The notes below the pieces were generated by a model, which ran no database searches, was not told the origin of the DNA, and worked only from the letters and a program-made list of their open reading frames with translations. From the NCBI GenBank assembly GCA_964515295.1, contig CAZETW010000005.1, forward strand, positions 2,826-66,825: a stretch of 64,000 bases of DNA, given 5' to 3'. This document shows positions 7,518 through 13,816 of this stretch, piece after piece. This DNA is from an uncultured bacterium. Lineage in GTDB: Bacteria > Zhuqueibacterota > QNDG01 > CAYUAG01. The position numbers and the translations under genes are program-made. How positions within the stretch are numbered: position 1 is the stretch's first letter; every line of letters starts with the position of its first letter.

Positions 7518-7814
7518 CTAATCAATAACTCTATCAATCCAGTATTCTGGTACTCTATGTTGGTGTGCTACTGCTAAAATATAAATTTTATTATTATATT
7601 TGGTATAAACTAAATTATAGGGAAACTTTCTTAATACCGCTTTTCTTGTATTTTTTGTAATTTCTGACCATACTTCCGGAAAAATTTTTATCAGTTCAAT
7701 TGTCTTTAAAACTTCATCAAAGAATCCATCTCCAAGCCCTGGAGATTCAAGATTATAATATTTTACAGCGTCATCTAATTCAATTGATGCAGGCTCAATA
7801 AATTCAACATTCAT
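7518..7814 (-). CDS. RelE/ParE-family type II toxin
   Basis: 98 aa with ...AVLRKFPYNLVYTKYNNKIYILAVAHQHRVPEYW. Its ATG abuts the stop of the upstream antitoxin gene. Confidence 0.75.
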   Translation of the reverse strand: MNVEFIEPASIELDDAVKYYNLESPGLGDGFFDEVLKTIELIKIFPEVWSEITKNTRKAVLRKFPYNLVYTKYNNKIYILAVAHQHRVPEYWIDRVID

Positions 7815-8024
7815 TTATTTATACCGTTTTACAATTTCATCTAAAGGTACAGTATCTACTTTTCCTTCTTTTAATGCCTGATATCTTTTTTCTGATTCTT
7901 CAGCCCATATTTTTTCTATTTCTTTATCAGGTTTATCAAGACTTTGTGTTAATTTTTCAATTAACCGAAGTCTTTCGGCCGGCCTTAATTGTAATGCTTC
8001 TTTTAATATTGTTTTTGTATTCAT
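7815..8024 (-). CDS. Addiction-module antitoxin component (TIGR02574-like)
   Basis: 69 aa: ALQLRPAERLRLIEKLTQSLDKPDKEIEKIWAEESEKRYQALKEGKVDTVPLDEI. Confidence 0.7.
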   Translation of the reverse strand: MNTKTILKEALQLRPAERLRLIEKLTQSLDKPDKEIEKIWAEESEKRYQALKEGKVDTVPLDEIVKRYK

Positions 8025-8190
8025 TTATATACTCCCTAAATAGGATGAATTCATTATTATCAATTAACAACTATTTGCAATATACAAAAGCAGTTTCTAT
8101 TATTCAATAAGTAATAATTTAGATTTACCCAGTTTAATTTAAATATCTATTATTTTCAACATTCAGAGTATTGTCTTGTATATATTTAGA

Positions 8191-8374
8191 CATAACGATT
8201 AAATTACCGGTGAAAACAACCGAAATTTAGCGGGCCACCGGTTTAAAATTAAACTGCAGTAAAAATACCGGCCCCATAACAAATTTGTCAATCAAAGGGC
8301 AATGCTATCGTTGGCCGAATGAAAATGTGAAAATGAAAGGTGGCGTTTTCATCCGGTGCATTTTTGTGTTAGCG
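8191..8374. repeat. Long attC-like imperfect palindrome (about 184 bp) directly after the DGR RT stop
   Basis: Left is CATAAC-GATTAAATTACCGGTGAAAACAACCG. Right is GGTGGCGTTTTCATCCGGTGCATTTTTGT-GTTAGCG. The blocks AAAT, ACCGG and TGAAAAC pair with bulges. An inner GGGCCACCGGT...ACCGGCCCC hairpin is present. The arms resemble those of the 4956-5080 site (TTTCACCGGT / CCGNGTGCA...TTTTGT). Confidence 0.4.
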
Positions 8375-8381
8375 TAACATT

Positions 8382-9584
8382 TCATAAATATTTGATTTTA
8401 CATGCAAATTTGCCCGCCCCGTTATGCAAATAAACATAATTCCACCACCATGCAGACAGGTATTTTACAATCATTTCTTTTCTGGCTCTATAAGATTTAT
8501 AATGCTTCATAATACCCAGGTATGAATTCATGCTGCTGAGGAACTTCTCCTGTTCCACCCTTGTCGGCTTATGGTCACGAGCTATTTGATTTTGTTTCTC
8601 AATTGATTCATAAAAGTTACCCTTTGTACGGTTGGCAATATAAACCCGGTGCGGTTTGATTACAGCACCAGGATATTTTACACCTTTTGTAAAATGCTGA
8701 AGGTATATTTTATTGGGATGCAGATCCAGCCTCAAGTATATTTTGAGGTATGATTTAATTACCGGAATCAAGGATTTCAAATATTCTTTGTCTTTATGAA
8801 TCAGAATGAAATCATCCACATACCGGCCATAATATCTGATTTTCAAATCTCTTTTCATAAAATGATCGAATTCATTCAGGTAAACATTTCCGAATAATTG
8901 TGAAGTTAAATTTCCGATGGGCAGGCCGCAATCAGGACCGGAATGAAAAAGGCTTTTATCGTTTGGTAAACCCTGCCAGTCTTTTCTGCAGCCCTTGGTG
9001 ATGCAATCTTGGGTTGGATCGTTGAAAATGATTTTTTCGAGCAAATAAAGAACCAGATGTAAATCAAAATCCGCTCTGCCGGGTGCCGCAGATAAGGCTG
9101 ATTTGATTTTTTCAAAAAGCAGCCGTCGGTTCATGGCCATAAAATAGCCGCGGATGTCCAGTTTTAAGATATGGCAATCTTCAGTATAATTTAATGAGCA
9201 TGACCGGATAAAATGATCAATCCGTTTGATTCCGTAATGCGTGCCTTTACCCTTGCGGCAGCTGTAGCTGTCATTAATAAACATGCCCTCAAAAACAGGT
9301 GCAAGATAATTATAGAGCAAATGATGCACCACCCTGTCACGGAAGTTCGCGGCGAAGATTTCGCGCTTAACGGGTTTATTCACAATAAAAAAGATGCTTT
9401 TTCTCGGTTCGTAGGTGCGGTTCATGATCTCTTCATGCAATTCAAAAAGATTCGTTTCAAAATGTTTTTCAAAAGCCAGCGCATTGATGGTGTTCCTTTT
9501 ATTCCAGCGGGCGTCAAAATACGCCTGAAACAGATCTAACAACAGTTTCTCTTCATTTTGTTCGTCAAACAATGTTGTCTGCAT
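8382..9584 (-). CDS. Diversity-generating retroelement reverse transcriptase
   Basis: 400 aa with RT motifs, including the DGR-type GLPIGNLTSQLFGNVYLNEFDHF (SQ in place of QG) and the catalytic YGRYVDDFILI. It lies adjacent to a TR/VR pair and an avd gene. Confidence 0.9.
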   Translation of the reverse strand: MQTTLFDEQNEEKLLLDLFQAYFDARWNKRNTINALAFEKHFETNLFELHEEIMNRTYEPRKSIFFIVNKPVKREIFAANFRDRVVHHLLYNYLAPVFEGMFINDSYSCRKGKGTHYGIKRIDHFIRSCSLNYTEDCHILKLDIRGYFMAMNRRLLFEKIKSALSAAPGRADFDLHLVLYLLEKIIFNDPTQDCITKGCRKDWQGLPNDKSLFHSGPDCGLPIGNLTSQLFGNVYLNEFDHFMKRDLKIRYYGRYVDDFILIHKDKEYLKSLIPVIKSYLKIYLRLDLHPNKIYLQHFTKGVKYPGAVIKPHRVYIANRTKGNFYESIEKQNQIARDHKPTRVEQEKFLSSMNSYLGIMKHYKSYRARKEMIVKYLSAWWWNYVYLHNGAGKFACKIKYL

Positions 9585-9591
9585 TTTATCT

Positions 9592-9620
9592 GCATGGCGG
9601 CCCGTCCAAGGCCGCCATGC
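9592..9620 (-). other. GC-rich hairpin between TR and the RT start (perfect 11-bp stem, 7-nt loop)
   Basis: GCATGGCGGCC-cgtccaa-GGCCGCCATGC. It lies 16 nt after the TR 3' end and 7 nt before the RT ATG on the minus strand. No SD is visible for the RT. Confidence 0.6.
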
Positions 9621-9636
9621 CCTTTTGACTGTTTTA

Positions 9637-9831
9637 AATCCCGAATAAGCCGGATACTAAAACCGTTTTGCTTATTGTTGTTGTTACGGTTCACGTCTGA
9701 ATTATTGTAATTCAGGTTCCGGTTCCACGCGTTATTGGTATTGTTCTCGGTAGACGACCCAAAATTGGCGTTGTTGCCGAGATTGTTGAAGTTACCATTG
9801 TTGTTGCGGTAACCACCGGGAAGCGCGGAAA
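9637..9831 (-). repeat. DGR template repeat (TR), 195 bp
   Basis: Aligns without gaps to 10471-10665 (offset 834). By hand count there are 39 mismatches. Of these, 37 fall at plus-strand T, which is adenine on the transcribed minus strand of the TR. The TR reading frame is Asn-rich (about two dozen AAY codons). Confidence 0.9.
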
Positions 9832-9985
9832 TAAAAGCAGCCGCTGAATTAATCATGCCTTCATTCTCAGAAAACATGAACTGATACCTCGCAAAAAAAC
9901 ACAAGGGGGCTGCCGGATTTAAATACGCTCGCTTGCCTGCGCCGTGGCGGCAGGCAACTCTGGCTGAACAGTCTAATACAGTTTT

Positions 9986-10016
9986 AAAGTTAAAAGTTGT
10001 AAAGTTCATAAAGTTT
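9986..10016. repeat. Left arm of the inverted repeat bracketing avd (overlaps the avd stop codon)
   Basis: The reverse complement AAACTTTATGAACTTTACAACTTTTAACTTT matches 10370-10401 (AAACTTTATGAACTTTATAAACTTTTAACTTT) with one mismatch and one 1-nt indel. Confidence 0.8.
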
Positions 10017-10353
10017 TAACAAGTCCGGATATGATTTTTGAGATTTCTTCAGCCTTTGCAGATAATTCATCTGCTTGGTTTTGTTTTAATATACTCATCG
10101 CACCTGCCAATAAAAGCATTGACCTGACCTCACCGCATGAGCCTTTGGCAACAAACAGAAAATGCTTGAATTCATTGTTTGATCTTCTTTCAAACCCCTC
10201 TGCAATATTATTCATTATTGAAACACAAGCGCGCTGAATTTGGTCTTTAAAACCATAATCTTTGCTGTTCTCAAACAGCTTGTAAACTTGAATTGTCAGC
10301 AGCTTCGCCTTCTGCCACGCAATAATTTCTTCAAACCTGTTAATCTTCATCAA
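10006..10353 (-). CDS. avd: DGR accessory variability determinant (Avd), four-helix-bundle protein of the 23S rRNA-intervening-sequence-protein family
   Basis: 115 aa: ...AWQKAKLLTIQVYKLFENSKDYGFKDQIQRACVSIMNNIAEGFERRSNNEFKHFLFVAKGSCGEVRSML. This is typical of TIGR02436/PF05635-type proteins. It is located between VR and TR. Confidence 0.8.
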   Translation of the reverse strand: MMKINRFEEIIAWQKAKLLTIQVYKLFENSKDYGFKDQIQRACVSIMNNIAEGFERRSNNEFKHFLFVAKGSCGEVRSMLLLAGAMSILKQNQADELSAKAEEISKIISGLVKTL

Positions 10354-10369
10354 TAACTTTCAACTTTAT

Positions 10370-10401
10370 AAACTTTATGAACTTTATAAACTTTTAACTT
10401 T
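10370..10401. repeat. Right arm of the inverted repeat bracketing avd (16 nt upstream of the avd start)
   Basis: See 9986-10016. The arm is embedded in a run of AACTTT-type hexamer units (10357-10406). Confidence 0.8.
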
Positions 10402-10420
10402 CAACTCAAAAATATTTTCG

Positions 10421-10437
10421 ATTCCGCTTCGCGGAAT
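10421..10437 (-). other. Small hairpin ATTCCGC-ttc-GCGGAAT 33 nt downstream of the VR end; candidate DGR target-site hairpin/cruciform
   Basis: 7-bp perfect stem with a 3-nt loop (GAA on the transcribed strand), just 3' of the target gene stop. Confidence 0.5.
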
Positions 10438-10468
10438 AAATAGTATAATAGTCGAATAGATAAATAGT

Positions 10469-11158
10469 CTAATCCCGAATAAGCCGGATACTATAACCGC
10501 CTTGCTTACCGCCGTCGCCACGGTACACGTCTGAAACACTGTAACCCAGGACCCGGCTCCACGCGCGATAGGTACCGTACTCGGTAGACGACCAAAAATA
10601 GGCGTAGTAGCCGAGAAGGCGGAAGCCACCATTGCCGTGGCGGGAACCACCGGGAAGCGCGGAAAAGCCGCTTTCATTCGTCGCACCTTCATTCGGACTC
10701 CCCCAATGTGTTGTGCCGGTTGTCTTCATCTTGCCGCCAGCAACTTCTTCGCCTCCAAGATAGTTTACCAATGTTGCCCACTCTGCGTCTGTAGGCACAT
10801 GCCAGCCTGAGGGAGCAATATTATGAACATCTGTGACAGCAAACCAGTTATATAAATAACCGTATATATCTGCGGTACTTTCACTATTATCAAAAGCACA
10901 ATAAGCGCCTGTTGATAGATTTTCCCATTGTGAATTGTCTGTAACATGATTTATCGGGGTACCGTCACAGTAATGGGTCACCTTCAAATTCTCGGCCATC
11001 CATACCTGATTACCTATTTTTACGGTTTGATATACATTACCGTCAATATCCTTAACCGTATCCGAAACCGTATTCTCGGTTGGACTCTTTTTGTTGCATC
11101 CCGTTATGAGCATCATAAATAACACTACAACCGTTAATAATGACATTGCTTTTTTCAT
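10469..11158 (-). CDS. DGR target: surface lipoprotein with a Fibrobacter-succinogenes-major-paralogous-type domain and a C-terminal variable region
   Basis: Signal peptide plus lipobox (LITGC). DIDGNVYQTVKIGNQVWMAENLKVTHY...YGYLYNWFAV...APSGWHVPTDAEWATL is typical of TIGR02145. The last ~65 codons are the VR. Confidence 0.85.
   Translation of the reverse strand: MKKAMSLLTVVVLFMMLITGCNKKSPTENTVSDTVKDIDGNVYQTVKIGNQVWMAENLKVTHYCDGTPINHVTDNSQWENLSTGAYCAFDNSESTADIYGYLYNWFAVTDVHNIAPSGWHVPTDAEWATLVNYLGGEEVAGGKMKTTGTTHWGSPNEGATNESGFSALPGGSRHGNGGFRLLGYYAYFWSSTEYGTYRAWSRVLGYSVSDVYRGDGGKQGGYSIRLIRD
10471..10665 (-). repeat. DGR variable repeat (VR), 195 bp, at the 3' end of the target gene
   Basis: See the TR entry. 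The final ~22 nt before the stop are identical to the TR. Confidence 0.9.
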
Positions 11159-11249
11159 CGCTTTTCTCCTTTGTAATTGTTGATTGCTTATGCTGATATT
11201 GTAACTGCATTCTAAGACACTAACATAATATTAACTACCAAAAACCAGC

Positions 11250-11384
11250 CTAAAAAAATATTTTAAGAATGTTCCTCTTAAAGTCATTACGATAACGAAC
11301 GCAAATAAGATCATCTCCATATTTTTTCATGATCTTTTTTGTACCGGGTTGACCAGGTTTTAATTTTTTTATTGTTCTCATCAT
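11250..11384 (-). CDS. 44-aa basic ORF (below the track threshold), possibly a truncated small conserved protein
   Basis: [44 protein letters not shown]. The KPGQ.GTKK...YGD.L.CVRYR pattern looks like a small family I recall from other bacteria. This is from memory and not verified. Confidence 0.3.
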   Translation of the reverse strand: MMRTIKKLKPGQPGTKKIMKKYGDDLICVRYRNDFKRNILKIFF

Positions 11385-11397
11385 ATATTGTCTGCAA

Positions 11398-11508
11398 GGC
11401 TTTTACTCCCAATCCTCCTCGCGGTAGTACATGTGTATAAAACATAGTTGGTGCTTTATTTTTATGCCCTGATAACTCCTGTCGAGTATTTATATTATAA
11501 CTGCATAT
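11398..11508 (-). pseudogene. C-terminal remnant (~35 aa) of an integron-type tyrosine recombinase (IntI-like)
   Basis: Hand translation gives ...[36 protein letters not shown]... Compare the IntI C-terminus ...[32 protein letters not shown]. The catalytic-Tyr box YTHV followed by L..GG.GV is IntI-like rather than XerC/D-like. A stop lies immediately upstream, and the rest of the gene is absent. Confidence 0.55.
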
Positions 11509-11591
11509 TTAATATTTAAAAAGTAATTATATTCATAAGTAATAAATTTTTATAAAAATGTCAAGTTTTTTATGCCGGGTTAAAAAAAACA

Positions 11592-11620
11592 TTGACAAAG
11601 CTTTAAAAAGGTGTTATTTT
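11592..11620 (+). promoter_or_regulatory. Sigma70-like promoter candidate (TTGACA-17 nt-TATTTT) for the ATP-grasp operon
   Basis: TTGACA at 11592-11597 and TATTTT at 11615-11620, about 45 nt before the GTG start at 11665. Confidence 0.35.
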
Positions 11621-11664
11621 AATTTGCAGTTTTGATATTTCATTAAAAACAGAGGAATTAGGAA

Positions 11665-13815
11665 GTGAAAGTTGCTATAATTTATAATGAAGATTTAACC
11701 GGGGTCATCAATCAGTTCGGTATACAGAATAAGGAAATTTATAATCCAACTACGGTAAAATTGGTAGCTGATTCTCTGGAAAAGGGGGGACATAATGTCA
11801 AAGTCATAGACGGCAACATGCAGGTCATAGAGAGCCTGACTGAATTTATGCCCCGGGTGGTTGAAGGCGAACGTATGGGTATGGTGTTTAATATGGCTTA
11901 TGGTATACAGGGAGAAAGCCGGTATACACATCTTCCGGCCATGCTGGAGATGATGGGTATTCCTTATGTAGGTTCCGGCCCCACCGGACATGCAATGGCT
12001 CTTGATAAAGTAATCACAAAAATAATTTTTCAACAGCATACTATTCCCACTCCGGATTTCTGGGTGCTGTCCAGTCCGGATGATGATGTTAGTGAAATTA
12101 GTTTTCCGGTTATAGTAAAACCAAAAATGGAAGCCGTTTCTTATGGTCTTAAAGTTGTTAATAATAAAAGAGATTTACGTAATGCAGTGAAATTTATCAT
12201 TTCAGAATTTCAACAGCAGGCTCTTGTAGAACACTTCATCAGAGGAAGAGAGTTCTGTGTTGCTTTGCTTGGCAATGGTAATCCTGAAGTATTTCCCATT
12301 GTAGAAATAAATCTTGAGAATGATCCTGATGCAATTCAGACTGTTGAAGATAAAAAACAGAAACCAAGAGAAAAAATATGTCCTGCGGATCTGCCCTCTG
12401 AGATAGAATCAGCTATGATTGCAGCCAGTAAAAAAGCCTTTCGGGCTCTGGAATTGAAAGATTTTTCCAGAGTTGATATTCGTATGGATAGTGAAAATAA
12501 TATATATATCTTAGAAATTAATTCAATGGCAAGTCTCGGTAAAACCGGATCTTATGTTTATGCTGCCTCCAAGGTCGGATATACATATTCTCAATTGGTT
12601 AATAAGATGCTGGATGTAGCTGCTGTACGTTATTTTTCTCAACCATCAGTTCAGGATGAGGTAAAAGATGAAAAATCAGCTTTATCAGTACGTATAAGAG
12701 GATTTTTAAGGAGCAGACAGACAAAAACAGAGAAGTTGCTGAAGAAAATGACTGATATTAATACCCATACCAGAAATGTAGAAGGGGTAAACAGATGCGG
12801 TAATATAATATGGGAAGAGCTGAGTAAACTGGGTTTCAGTCAGCAGGTTATCCCCCAAATTCAAATAGGGAATATGCTTTTTTTTACTAACACTATTAAG
12901 AAAAATTATGATGCACTTGTTCTGATACATCTTGACTCTTCTGTCAGTTTCAGAAAACAGCAGAATTATCAAGTGGATAAAAATAGAATTTACGGAACAG
13001 ATGTATGGGAAAGTAAGGGGGGGTTGGCTGTTTTAATATCAGCCCTGCAGGCTTTGCGATTTGTAAGAAAATTACATAGAACAAGAATCGGAATTTTGCT
13101 TACTACTGACAATAAAGCAGGTGGGAGGGTAGCAAGAGAACATATTCTGAATATATCCAGAAAAGCCAGAGTAATCATTGGATTAAAGGGGGGAGGAATA
13201 AAAGGAACAGCCATTACTTCCCGTTCCGGAGCAGCACAGTATTCCTGTCAGATGAATTTTGAGAAAGGCAGTGAAGCAGAAGAAGTAGCTCAAGCCATAG
13301 AAAAATTCACCAGGATTCTTACCAGATGGACTAAATTTACCGATGCTGCTACAGGTGTGGTTGTGTCTCCCAGTAAAGTTGAAATTGATACGAATATTTC
13401 AGAGGTGGTTGCTCACGGTGAGGTAATGCTCAGTGTCCGTTTTAACACTCTGGAAATGGGAGAAGAAGTTGATGAGAAGATTCGCAATGTTATTAAAAAA
13501 AGTCATTCAGGGAATTTTCGAGTGCAAATCGAAGGTGGTATACGACGCCCACCACTCTTAAAAACGGAAAAAAGAGAGAAATACTGGGCACGGATAAAAG
13601 CTATAGCTGATAAAATTGACATCAGACTGCTGGAAGAACATCGCTGGAGTTCCTCAGATGTATGTTTTATTCAGGATGATAAACCAGTGATTGACGGTAT
13701 AGGTCCGGTGGGAGCTAAACATCGGGAGCAAAGTGGCTATATATTGAGGCACAGCCTTTTGGAACGGGCAACGCTTCTGGCCCTTATTCTTAATGATTTG
13801 AGTAAGGAGAAATAA
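11665..13815 (+). CDS. Fusion protein: Ddl-like ATP-grasp ligase (N-terminal) plus M20-peptidase-like domain with substituted catalytic residues (C-terminal)
   Basis: The N-terminal ~320 aa have the D-Ala-D-Ala-ligase-family ATP-grasp layout (...FPVIVKP...EHFIRGREF...ILEINSMASLG). The C-terminal part has M20-like LVLIHLDSSV, GTDVWESKGG and GPVGAKHREQSGYI, but the DEE(I)GS motif reads TTDNKAGG. GTG start with SD. Confidence 0.65.
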   Translation: MKVAIIYNEDLTGVINQFGIQNKEIYNPTTVKLVADSLEKGGHNVKVIDGNMQVIESLTEFMPRVVEGERMGMVFNMAYGIQGESRYTHLPAMLEMMGIPYVGSGPTGHAMALDKVITKIIFQQHTIPTPDFWVLSSPDDDVSEISFPVIVKPKMEAVSYGLKVVNNKRDLRNAVKFIISEFQQQALVEHFIRGREFCVALLGNGNPEVFPIVEINLENDPDAIQTVEDKKQKPREKICPADLPSEIESAMIAASKKAFRALELKDFSRVDIRMDSENNIYILEINSMASLGKTGSYVYAASKVGYTYSQLVNKMLDVAAVRYFSQPSVQDEVKDEKSALSVRIRGFLRSRQTKTEKLLKKMTDINTHTRNVEGVNRCGNIIWEELSKLGFSQQVIPQIQIGNMLFFTNTIKKNYDALVLIHLDSSVSFRKQQNYQVDKNRIYGTDVWESKGGLAVLISALQALRFVRKLHRTRIGILLTTDNKAGGRVAREHILNISRKARVIIGLKGGGIKGTAITSRSGAAQYSCQMNFEKGSEAEEVAQAIEKFTRILTRWTKFTDAATGVVVSPSKVEIDTNISEVVAHGEVMLSVRFNTLEMGEEVDEKIRNVIKKSHSGNFRVQIEGGIRRPPLLKTEKREKYWARIKAIADKIDIRLLEEHRWSSSDVCFIQDDKPVIDGIGPVGAKHREQSGYILRHSLLERATLLALILNDLSKEK

Positions 13816-13816
13816 A

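Larger units (their letters stand above)
8382..11158 (-). mobile_element. Complete DGR cassette: target(VR) - hairpin - avd - TR - hairpin - RT
   Basis: Sum of the component features above. This is the canonical order, all on one strand. Confidence 0.9.
2151..11508 (-). mobile_element. Degenerate integron-like gene-cassette array (CALIN-like) with an intI remnant at its upstream end
   Basis: All genes are on the minus strand and are TA- and accessory-rich. attC-like sites lie directly 3' of modules at 3009-3071, 4225-4319, 4956-5080 and 8191-8374. The intI remnant is at 11398-11508. The island is flanked by core-type genes (GH97; ATP-grasp operon). Confidence 0.5.

Noticed and set aside
8382-9584. 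Reverse transcriptase as a retron or group II intron RT
   Set aside because: It carries the DGR-specific SQ motif (IGNLTSQ) and lies next to a TR/VR pair and avd. It has no maturase/X domain or intron RNA structure, and no msr/msd-like inverted repeats.
9536-10009. 157-aa Asn-rich ORF listed in the track
   Set aside because: It is the translation of the DGR template repeat and its flanks. The Asn richness reflects AAY codons of the TR, its ATG overlaps the avd stop inside the inverted repeat, and it has no SD.
10384-10692. 102-aa ORF overlapping the VR
   Set aside because: It is an alternative frame of the target gene 3' end and VR and runs across the intergenic hairpin. It has no independent support.
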